NCBI GenBank assembly: GCA_965249275.1
Contig: CBDFLQ010000006.1
Location: 128,001-192,000 of the forward strand
DNA length: 64,000 nucleotides
Origin: Dehalococcoidia bacterium
Lineage (GTDB): Bacteria; Chloroflexota; Dehalococcoidia; Plut-88900
Direction of reading: 5' to 3'
Below are positions 1-8,240 of the stretch, one piece after another. The first letter of the stretch is position 1, and the number at the start of each line of letters is the position of its first letter. Under the pieces are notes generated by a model. That model was given only the letters and a program-made list of their open reading frames with translations, was not told where the DNA came from and searched no databases. The translations under genes and the position numbers were made by a program.

Positions 1-187
1 GCTTGCCGGTGCGCCTGCCCTCGAAGCACAGGACGATGACGTGCCGGCTCATCAGTCCGTGCAGTGGTGAGCGGAGTAGGGCGCGCGCGAGGGGGTTGAT
101 CTTGGGGAAAACGGCAGGCACGAGCCGCCGCGCCACCCACCTCGCGATGGCCGTCCTGAGCGAGTACGTCTTGATACGCGTTCTCAC
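1..187 (-). CDS. Partial gene (runs off window start): nitroreductase/deazaflavin (F420)-dependent oxidoreductase-like protein
   Basis: Manual translation from GTG at 187: MRTRIKTYSLRTAIARWVARRLVPAVFPKINPLARALLRSPLHGLMSRHVIVLCFEGRRTGK. NP..LLRSPLHGL..L.F.GRR.G is typical of DDN-like family N-termini. Not in the ORF track. Confidence 0.6.
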   Translation of the reverse strand, partial: MRTRIKTYSLRTAIARWVARRLVPAVFPKINPLARALLRSPLHGLMSRHVIVLCFEGRRTGK

Positions 188-620
188 TCGCCGGACCGCC
201 CGTTTACCGCTCTCAAGCCAAGCATGCCGATGAGAGTAGCGGAGACGGCGGGGGCGTGTCTATCATCGGCGGGGCACTTGGCGAGGCCCGCTTCCCCTCC
301 AGCGCGTAGCGCTCGAGCAGTTGATAGGCGGTCGGGGCGAAACCCCGTTGCGCGAACGAATCCCGCCTCTCTACCCTACCCCTTCCCTCCGTCATCCCGG
401 CCCCCGAGAGCCGGAATCCATCCCCAGGTGCGGCGGGGCCGCTCACCCTGAGCCCCGTCGAAGGGTCGAGCGTGGGGTGGCACACGTACTGCCAATCCGT
501 CAAGCCTGCCTTCATCCCAACCCACCCCCTTTACACTGTCATCCCGAGGCCCCGCGAGGGATCTAGGACTTGCCCTCTCACACCCTTCCTCGCCTTTCCT
601 CCCCCTCCCCACTTGGTAAC

Positions 621-661
621 GATATATCAGCCATGTTGCTCTGCAACATGGCTGATATATC
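621..661. repeat. Perfect 19-bp inverted repeat (GATATATCAGCCATGTTGC-TCT-GCAACATGGCTGATATATC)
   Basis: Read directly from the sequence. Confidence 0.9.
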
Positions 662-798
662 AATAAAACAGGGCGGGTGGGCGGGACTCAACTTATCCCG
701 GCGGGGTCGGGAGGGGCGTGTCCTACCCCCTCTCCCTCTGATGGGAGAGGGTTGGGGTGAGGGTGATCCTCTTCCCGGGTAGGTGTGGCATAATCCCC

Positions 799-828
799 TT
801 GACCTTATATGAACACTTGTGCTATATT
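799..828 (+). promoter_or_regulatory. Sigma70-like promoter with LexA-like box (element E1)
   Basis: TTGACC (799-804), GAAC-ACTT-GTGC (811-822), TATATT (823-828). Confidence 0.7.
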
Positions 829-1318
829 AGCCTCCAGGTCCCGACACCCCACGTCGGCCCTAATCAGGAAAAGGACCAAGGAGTTCCATGAGTCGCATGG
901 CCCACACATCGGCCCGTCGTTACCGAGCGGTATGGGACCGCCCGGCCACCGACACGCGCCTCCTCCCCAATCCCTATTCGCCCTGTCCCCATCTCAACAC
1001 CCACTACAAGCGCTGCCCAAAGGCCCAACGCCTGTGCCTTCGCAGCGATCAATCATCGTCCCGCCCCCTGCATGGAAGGTCCCCGGACAAATCAAGGCAC
1101 GCCCTGCTGCAGGGCAGCCGCCTCCGCATCAGCGCCCCCGTCGAGGGGCATACTTACGTCGCCGACGTAGTCCTTGCCGGCGAATCCCAACAGTCGGATG
1201 AGCGCCGACTCAAAACCAACGCACCATTTAAGGATTCCACCGTCGTCACAACCGGAGAACTTCCGACTACGAACGCCGGTCACTGGTCCACGCTCCTATC
1301 CCTTGGGATGGTCGAGCA

Positions 1319-1595
1319 CTTCTGGTGGACGGGACTGCCCCACAGCGAGAATTTCTCGCGTCTCGTCCACATCCCCTCAGAAGTTAGGGGCTATCGCACA
1401 GCCGTCGCCGATGTCAAACCTCCGTTGAGGCGGACACCGCGCATCGGTGCAATGGCTGGGCGCTTCTGGTGGTCGAGACTGCCCCACACCGAGATTCCCT
1501 CGCGTCTCCTCCACGTCCTCTCAGAAGCTCGGGGCTGTCGCAGAGTCGTCGCCGATGTGGAACATCCGCTGTGGCGGACAATAGGCATCGGTGCA
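1319..1595 (+). repeat. Diverged tandem duplication, period 144 bp
   Basis: CTTCTGGTGG at 1319 and 1463; GCATCGGTGCA at 1441 and 1585. Confidence 0.85.
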
Positions 1596-1728
1596 GGCGT
1601 CGCCGTCTTCTTGCGCAACCGTCCGGGACCTTCCATCCCCTCCCCCTCTGCCCCTCTAACAACCAAAACAGGTGTATACTCCCTCCATCCGGCATCCGGC
1701 CTTAGTCACCGACACGGGAGCAAGCGCC

Positions 1729-3057
1729 ATGACGAAGCTGAAGGTCGCTCACTACCTGAACCAGTTCTTCGCCGGCATCGGCGGCGAGGACAAGGCCAAC
1801 ACTCCACCGGGCACCGAACCCCGGCCCCTCGGCCCCGGCAACTCCCTCCACCAGACCCTGACCTCCTCTGGCGATGGAGCCGTCGTCGCAACCGTATTCT
1901 GCGGCGACACCTATTTCACCGAAAATGAAGAGGAAGCCCTCGACCGCATCGTCGAACTCGTCCGGGACTCCGGTGCCGACGTTCTCGTCGCCGGGCCCGC
2001 TTTCGGGTCGGGACGCTACGGCCTCGCCTGCGCCCAAGTCTGCCAAAAAGTTGCTTCTTCCCTCGGAATTCCCGTTGTAGCCGGAATGCACCCCGCCAGC
2101 CCCGGCGCCGAGCAGTACAAGGGCCAAGTCTACATCGCCTCCACCGCCGAGACCGCGGTCGGCATGCCAGCCGCCATCTCGGTCATGGCAAAACTCGCCT
2201 TGAAGCTCGGGCGCGGTGAGGAGCTCGGCCCCGCCGACGAGGACGGCTACATCCCAACCGGCCGGGTGAAGACCCAGGTCCACGAAAAGACCATGGCCCA
2301 GAGACTTGTCGACATGGCCCTCAAGAAGGTCAGAGGCGAGCCTTTCGAGACCGAGTGGCCCCTCCCCACCATGGAAAAGATAGCCCCGGCGCCCGCCATT
2401 GACTCCCTGGCCGGAGCCCGTATCGCCCTTGTAACCGAGGGCGGTGTCGTCCCCAGGGGCAACCCCGACAAGATTCCCAGCGGTTGGGCCCGCCACTGGG
2501 CCCGCTACGACATCGGCGACACTTCAGACCTCACCGCCGAGGAATGGCAGTCGGTCCACGGCGGCTTCGACACCACCACGCTGAACCGTGATCCGGACAG
2601 AGTAGTGCCCCTTGACGTGATGCGTGACCTTGAGGAGGAGAAGGCCATAGGCAAGGTCCATGAGTATATGTACTCGACCGTCGGGAACCTTGGCTACGTT
2701 GCCAACATGAAGCAGTTCGGCCAGGACATCGCCGCCGAGCTTCAGGCCGCCGGCGTCCAGGGGGTGATCCTCACCGGCACCTGAGGCACGGGTACGCGTA
2801 GCGGCGCTACGCTCGCCAAAGAGTTGGAACGGGCCGGACTGCCCACCGCCTTCATCACTGCAATGGTCCCCTTGGCTCAGAGCATCGGTGCAAACCGCAT
2901 CGTCCAGGGCAAGTCGGTAACAACGACTACAGGAGACCCCAGTCTCCCCCCCGACGAAGAAAAGGCTTTCCGCCGAAGACTCGTCGAGAGGGCTCTTAAG
3001 TCCCTCCAGTCTACTCCACAGGACCAGGAAGTCGTCTGGGGCGAGGACCGGGGCTAG
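1729..3057 (+). CDS. grdB: Glycine/betaine/sarcosine reductase family selenoprotein B-like (Sec at TGA 2782-2784)
   Basis: N-terminus KVAHYLNQFFAGIGGEDKA, AGPAFGSGRYGLAC and HGGFD motifs. The frame continues through TGA as ILTGT-U-GTGTRSGATLAKELERAG, joining ORFs 1672..2784 and 2824..3057. ATG at 1729 follows GGGAG. Confidence 0.85.
2785..2817 (+). promoter_or_regulatory. Putative bacterial SECIS element
   Basis: Hairpin GCGTAGC-GGC-GCTACGC (2796-2812) begins 11 nt after the in-frame TGA and has a G-containing apical loop. Confidence 0.65.
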
Positions 3058-4592
3058 ACCGCCACCCGCTCCAGGTCTTTCAGTATCGCCTTTGCTGCGT
3101 TGTGTCCCGGGGCCCCAGTGATCTCTCCGCCCGGGTGCGTCCCCGACCCACACATGTAGAACCGGGAGATGTTCGACCGGTACGGCATCCGCCCCGAGAA
3201 AATCTGTTTAGTCGTTATGTCTATGTGCCGGATGTTGCCGTCCGTGAGAAATTGCCTGATCTCGATGTCCTCCGGCGTCTGCAATGTACAGTCAACTATC
3301 GACTCCCGGAAGTTGGGCGCGTAGGTCGTCAGTATGTCTATAAGCTGCTCCCCGACCTTCGGCCCCTCCACGTCCCAGGAACCATCCTTAAGCTCCGCTG
3401 GCGCGTACAGCGTCCACGAAGAGAGCACGTGGTGGCCTGCCGGAGTCAACGACTTGTCGTAGATCGAGGGCATTTGCACATTCATTACCGGACAGCTTGA
3501 TGGATAGCCGTTCTTGGCATCGTCCCAGCTCTGCTGGAAGTAGTCCACTGAGGGACAGATGCGGAAGTAGGCGGTCAGCCGAGGGTCGTACCCTTCTCCC
3601 AGGTAACTGCTGAAGTCAGGAAGTTCCCTAAGCGCCACCAGCAGCTTGACACAGTTCGCCCGAGTACTAAGCCCGTCCACCTTTGTCTTCGTTGCCGCAT
3701 CTACGTCCGCCGGGTCCACCAGGTCCCGATAAGTGCGCTTCGGGTCGGCGTTGGACACGACCATGAAGCTCCTGATCTCTTCACCGTTCTCCAGCCTCAC
3801 CCCAACCGCCGTCCCGTCTTCGACAATTACTTTGTCGACTACAGTGTTCAACCTGATCTCGACCCCGAGGGACTCGGCGTACCGCGCCATTGCGAATGGC
3901 AGTTGGCTCATGCCTCCGCGCGGGATCCCGTAATTCTCCGGCTTGGTGAATGCATTCACCCTCAGGTAGGCAAGGCTTAGTATGCTGCCCGGTGCGCTCG
4001 GGTCACCGGCGTCCTGGGCATCGATGAAGTGCGCCTTCACCTGCGGATGCTCGAAGTGCCTGTCTACAAGGTCTCTCATGCTGACGGTGAGCATGGTCTC
4101 CCATACTTCCTCGTCGCTGGTGCCTCTTACGTCCTGGTACACCTCCGCAATCGTCGGAGGCTCCCGGAACCAGTACCTGTGCAGGATCGCTGAGGCCCGC
4201 TCCCAGAAGCTCGTCCATTCCGGGAACGCCCGGGCATCCCGCTCCGAGAATCGGGCCAGCTCCGCCGCGTTCCGGTGATTCTCCCGGTACGTCATGATGT
4301 AGTTGCCGTCCGGGAACGGATCGAACCGGAACGTCGTGAACGGTATTATGTCTAGCCCGTTGTCCCTCAGCTTCAGGTCGTCTATCACCCGGCCCTGCAT
4401 GATGTGCAGAATGTAGGCGCAGTAGGGGATGGTGAAGCCCGGGGCAAGCTCGTCACTGACCACGGCGCCGCCCACCATTTCAAGCCGTTCCAGCACCAGG
4501 ACTTTCAGTCCTTCCTGGGCCAGGTATCCCGCCGTGACGAGACCATTATGCCCCGCCCCGATGATGATGGCGTCGTATTCGTGTTGCTGCAT
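3054..4592 (-). CDS. Phytoene dehydrogenase-like FAD-dependent oxidoreductase
   Basis: IIIGAGHNGLVTAGYLA dinucleotide-binding motif, PRGGM, and C-terminal GSGTHPGGEITGAPGHNAA. Confidence 0.85.
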   Translation of the reverse strand: MQQHEYDAIIIGAGHNGLVTAGYLAQEGLKVLVLERLEMVGGAVVSDELAPGFTIPYCAYILHIMQGRVIDDLKLRDNGLDIIPFTTFRFDPFPDGNYIMTYRENHRNAAELARFSERDARAFPEWTSFWERASAILHRYWFREPPTIAEVYQDVRGTSDEEVWETMLTVSMRDLVDRHFEHPQVKAHFIDAQDAGDPSAPGSILSLAYLRVNAFTKPENYGIPRGGMSQLPFAMARYAESLGVEIRLNTVVDKVIVEDGTAVGVRLENGEEIRSFMVVSNADPKRTYRDLVDPADVDAATKTKVDGLSTRANCVKLLVALRELPDFSSYLGEGYDPRLTAYFRICPSVDYFQQSWDDAKNGYPSSCPVMNVQMPSIYDKSLTPAGHHVLSSWTLYAPAELKDGSWDVEGPKVGEQLIDILTTYAPNFRESIVDCTLQTPEDIEIRQFLTDGNIRHIDITTKQIFSGRMPYRSNISRFYMCGSGTHPGGEITGAPGHNAAKAILKDLERVAV

Positions 4593-4615
4593 TTAATGTG
4601 CTCCCGGACCCCGGA

Positions 4616-5707
4616 TTAGTCGTACATGATCACGCTTCGAGCTATGTGCGCGTCCCTCATGTCGTCGAAAGCCTCGTTGATGTCTTCCAGCTTGATCCTC
4701 TTGGAAATTATCTCGTCCAGCTTCAGCCGACCCTGTCGGTACAGCTCCATGTACTGTGGCATATCCACCCGGAAGTGATTGGAGCCCATGTTGCTTCCCT
4801 GGATTCGGCGCCCGTCCAGCATGGATGGACCATCTATCGTGATCTTCGTCCCCTGCGGGATCATGCCGATAACAGTCGCCGTGCCCCCCTTGTCTAGCAT
4901 GTCGTAGCACTGCTCCGCCGTCACGGCCTTCCCGATCGCCTCGAAGGCATAGTCGACTCCCAGGCCTCCCGTGAGCGACTTTACCTTTTCAACTACCCCG
5001 CCCTTAGACGCATCTATTACGTTAGTTGCCCCAACCCTCTGCGCAAATCCCAGCTTGTCTTCCACGGCGTCTATCGCTATAACTTTCGCCGCCCCGGCAA
5101 TGATCGCTCCATTGATCGCGCTCAGCCCCACCCCGCCACACCCAACAACCGCCACCGTGCTCCCCGGCCTCACCCTGGCTGTCCTCATCGCCGCCCCGAC
5201 TCCCGTGGTCACACCACAGCCAATCAACGCCTGTACTTCGATTGGCACGTCCTCTTCCACAACCACCGCCGCATTCTCATGGACTAGCATATATTCCGCA
5301 AAGGAGGACAGGTTCATCGCTTGGTGGATAACCTCGTCGCCCTTGTGCAGGCGTGGCGACTCGTTACGCCCCCTCTTGAGGCCTACTCCCCTGCAGTTCA
5401 CCATTTCACCCTGGATGCACTTGTCGCAGGTGCCACAGAACACGGAAAGGCAGGTTATGACCCTGTCTCCTGGCTGATGGTACGTCACCTGAGACCCGAC
5501 CGCTGCCACCGTCCCCGCAGCCTCGTGTCCCAGGATAGTCGGCAGAGGGCACTTGTACAGCCCGTCTATATAGTGCAGGTCGCTGTGGCAGACGCCGGAG
5601 GCGCCGGTCTTTATCAGGATCTCTCGGGGTCCGGGCTCTCCAACGTCAACCTCTTCGATCGTTACGGGCTCGAAGGGCGCTCTCATGACAGCTGCTTTCA
5701 TCTTCAT
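4616..5707 (-). CDS. Zn-dependent alcohol dehydrogenase (class III-like)
   Basis: GVCHSD, GHE, CxxCxxC...C structural Zn site, GCGGVG. Confidence 0.9.
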   Translation of the reverse strand: MKMKAAVMRAPFEPVTIEEVDVGEPGPREILIKTGASGVCHSDLHYIDGLYKCPLPTILGHEAAGTVAAVGSQVTYHQPGDRVITCLSVFCGTCDKCIQGEMVNCRGVGLKRGRNESPRLHKGDEVIHQAMNLSSFAEYMLVHENAAVVVEEDVPIEVQALIGCGVTTGVGAAMRTARVRPGSTVAVVGCGGVGLSAINGAIIAGAAKVIAIDAVEDKLGFAQRVGATNVIDASKGGVVEKVKSLTGGLGVDYAFEAIGKAVTAEQCYDMLDKGGTATVIGMIPQGTKITIDGPSMLDGRRIQGSNMGSNHFRVDMPQYMELYRQGRLKLDEIISKRIKLEDINEAFDDMRDAHIARSVIMYD

Positions 5708-5771
5708 TTCAGGGGTCCTCCTATGGATTGGGTCAATCGGCCTTGGTTATTCGTGTCGTCGTATGGTCAGG

Positions 5772-6854
5772 CTAATTAAAAGTGAGCACGCTGCGGGCCA
5801 CGTGACCTTCCTTCATATCGTCGAAGGCTTTGTTAACTTCGTCCAGACTGAGCTCTTGGGAGATCATCTCCTTCAGCTTCAATCGCCCTTGTAGGTACAG
5901 CTCTATGTAGCGGGGCATGTCGATCCGGAATCTGTTGGAGCCCATGCTGCTCCCGCCAATCCTTTTCTCGCTCAATAGCGAGGGGCCGTCCAGGTGGATC
6001 ATGGTCCCTTCCGGGATCATCCCGATAACCGTGGCCAAGCCCCCGGAATCGAGCATGTTGTACGCCTGCTCCGCCGTCTCTTTCAGCCCGATAGCCTCGA
6101 ATGAGTAATCTACGCCCCTCGGCGAGAGTGAAAACACCTTATCCACAGTCCCCCCACCCGAGGCGTCAATCACGTCGGTCGCCCCAAGCTCTCTCGCCAG
6201 CGCCAGCTTCGTCTCTATGGTATCGATGGCTATAATCCGCTCCGCACCCGCAAGCACCGCTCCCTGCAATGCGCTCAGACCGATGCCCCCCAACCCCAGC
6301 ACCGCAACCGTGCTTCCAGGTGCAACCTTTGCAGTGTTCAGGGCAGCGCCCACACCCGTCGTAACCGCACACCCGATCAACGCCACCTCTTCCAGGGGAA
6401 CGTCCTTCCGTATCTTGCAGGTGGCGTTTTCGTGGACCAGCATGTACTCGGCGAACGTGGACAGGGACGAAAACTGGTGCATGATGTCCCCGTTCTGTCG
6501 CAGGCGGGGCGGCTCGGTGGGGAGACGTTCCATTCCCTTACTACGGCATAGGTTAGGATGCCCGCTAAGGCACTTGTCGCATACGCCGCAGAATACCGAC
6601 AGGCAGGTGATCACATGGTCTCCCGGCTTGACGTAGGTCACCATCGAGCCTACGGCCTCTATCACCCCCGCTGCCTCGTCACCCAACACAGTGGGCAAGG
6701 GAAACGTGTACTTGCCTTCCATATAGTGGAGGTTGCTGTGGCACACCCCCGAGGCTACCGTCCGCACCACCACCTCGTTCGGCCCCGGATCGTCGATCTG
6801 TACGTCCTCAATGGTTAGCGGGGTATCGACCTCGCGTAGTACGGCTGCTTTCAT
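5772..6854 (-). CDS. Zn-dependent alcohol dehydrogenase paralogue with altered catalytic site
   Basis: Same fold motifs as the neighbour, but GVCHSN and GDE replace CHSD and GHE. Confidence 0.85.
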   Translation of the reverse strand: MKAAVLREVDTPLTIEDVQIDDPGPNEVVVRTVASGVCHSNLHYMEGKYTFPLPTVLGDEAAGVIEAVGSMVTYVKPGDHVITCLSVFCGVCDKCLSGHPNLCRSKGMERLPTEPPRLRQNGDIMHQFSSLSTFAEYMLVHENATCKIRKDVPLEEVALIGCAVTTGVGAALNTAKVAPGSTVAVLGLGGIGLSALQGAVLAGAERIIAIDTIETKLALARELGATDVIDASGGGTVDKVFSLSPRGVDYSFEAIGLKETAEQAYNMLDSGGLATVIGMIPEGTMIHLDGPSLLSEKRIGGSSMGSNRFRIDMPRYIELYLQGRLKLKEMISQELSLDEVNKAFDDMKEGHVARSVLTFN

Positions 6855-7116
6855 GGGTCACCTCCCTATCGTGGGTCTCAATGCGGTGTAAGTTTAGTTA
6901 GCGGCACACAATGCGGGTCACGGGTGAGTTTATTATCCCCCGTCGCATGGCGTCAACACGTCTATCCTGCGTCAGAAAATACGTCCACGCCCGTGGTCCA
7001 CCCGCTGTCTTCCTCAATTCACCGAGGCTTATTGATGTAAGATGTACGAACGGAGCTGGTTACACAAGTAAGCACATTACTATTCCATATGCCAGTTTCC
7101 CACTAGGAGCTTGCCC

Positions 7117-7659
7117 ATGACGTCGCCATCGGGTTCCAAGATCATCATGGAAGGCCAATTTGACACGCGCTACATTGGATACTACCGCATTTGGGTGTCC
7201 ATGTTCCTTGTCATCACCGTAGTCGGCATTCTCTTCATACCGTTCTGGCTGATTTTCAGCCTGTGGTACGGCCCCGAGTCCATACGCCGCCTCTCCGTTC
7301 GGCTCACCCCAACCACCCTCGAAATCGGGAAAGGCGTCTACTTCCGTAAAGAAATCACCATTCCCCTGAGCCGCATCACCGACGTCCGGCTCCACGATGG
7401 CCCCCTGATGCGATTCTTCCGCATCCGCGGCCTTAAGGTCGAGACCGCAGGCCAGTCCGGGCAGACCTCCGGCACCGAGGGCGATCTGTTAGGCGTCATA
7501 GACGCAGTAGAGTTCCGGGACGCCATCCTGCGTGAACGGGAAAGGTCGGTGGAAGGTGTTCAGCCCGCTGTTGCCCCCTCCCCTGCCACTACCGGTGACG
7601 CCGACTCCGTCCTAACCGAAATCCGTGACATCCTCGCCCGCATAGAGTCAAAGGGCTGA
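7117..7659 (+). CDS. Bacterial PH-domain (bPH_2) membrane protein
   Basis: N-terminal TM segments, then IPLSRITDV...GPLMRFF...LKVETAG. Confidence 0.75.
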   Translation: MTSPSGSKIIMEGQFDTRYIGYYRIWVSMFLVITVVGILFIPFWLIFSLWYGPESIRRLSVRLTPTTLEIGKGVYFRKEITIPLSRITDVRLHDGPLMRFFRIRGLKVETAGQSGQTSGTEGDLLGVIDAVEFRDAILRERERSVEGVQPAVAPSPATTGDADSVLTEIRDILARIESKG

Positions 7660-7716
7660 ATGGCTTAAGACTAACCGGAGCGCGGCGCACTCCACTCACT
7701 TCCTCCCTTCAAACAC

Positions 7717-7761
7717 AAAAGGAATCGGCGAAAGCGCTGGCCGCTTTCGCCGATTCCTTTT
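7717..7761. terminator. Bidirectional intrinsic terminator
   Basis: 20-bp inverted repeat AAAAGGAATCGGCGAAAGCG/CGCTTTCGCCGATTCCTTTT between convergent genes. Confidence 0.8.
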
Positions 7762-7781
7762 TCTGCAAAATAGTTGGGCAG

Positions 7782-8240
7782 CTACTCCGTAGTTACCTTC
7801 TCCCCCTCACCAAGTAGAGCGGCCTTCAGGGTATGCCAGGCCAGGCTTGCGCACTTGACTCGCATCGGGAATTGGCTGACCCCAGTTAGCGCCGCTAACT
7901 TGCCCAGCCTATCGATGGCCTCCATCATACCCATGTCGGTCTCCCCGGTCACCGACTGGTGGAACAGTTCAAACAGCTCCCCGGCTTCCTCTTTATTCAG
8001 ACCCTTCACCAACTCCGTCATCATCGATGCCGACGCCTTGGAAATAGCGCACCCATCCCCCTGAAACCCGACCGCCCTGATAGTTTCCCCGTCCAGCACG
8101 ACTTCCACGTTTATTATGTCCCCGCACAGCGGGTTGTACCCTTGCGCCGAGCCGTTGGCGTTTTCAAGAGGCCCGAAGTTTCGGGGCCGGTTGTTATGGT
8201 CCAGCACGGCTTGCTGATACAGGTCTGAAAGATCGCTCAT
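7782..8240 (-). CDS. sufU: SUF system NifU-like scaffold/sulfur-transfer protein
   Basis: LYQQAVLDH..PRN, NPLCGD, GCAISKASAS, RVKCASLAWH. Confidence 0.93.
   Translation of the reverse strand: MSDLSDLYQQAVLDHNNRPRNFGPLENANGSAQGYNPLCGDIINVEVVLDGETIRAVGFQGDGCAISKASASMMTELVKGLNKEEAGELFELFHQSVTGETDMGMMEAIDRLGKLAALTGVSQFPMRVKCASLAWHTLKAALLGEGEKVTTE

Larger units (their letters stand above)
799..1670 (+). other. Dispersed structured intergenic element E1 (candidate ncRNA / non-autonomous element)
   Basis: Homologous to the element at 13671-14300. Long-range inverted repeat 1072-1088 / 1621-1636 and an internal 144-bp tandem duplication. Confidence 0.55.

Noticed and set aside
213-782. Short ORFs over the palindrome cassettes (also 13235-13690)
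   Set aside because: Their similarity comes from REP-like DNA repeats; the translations are low-complexity Pro/Gly/Arg-rich.
1072-1636. Retron msr-msd or group II intron identity for E1-E4
   Set aside because: No reverse transcriptase in the window and no recognisable GUGYG start or domain V. The resemblance is limited to having a closing inverted repeat.
2824-3057. Separate 77-aa gene after grdB
   Set aside because: In frame with the upstream ORF across a TGA at the canonical Sec position; it is the C-terminus of the selenoprotein.
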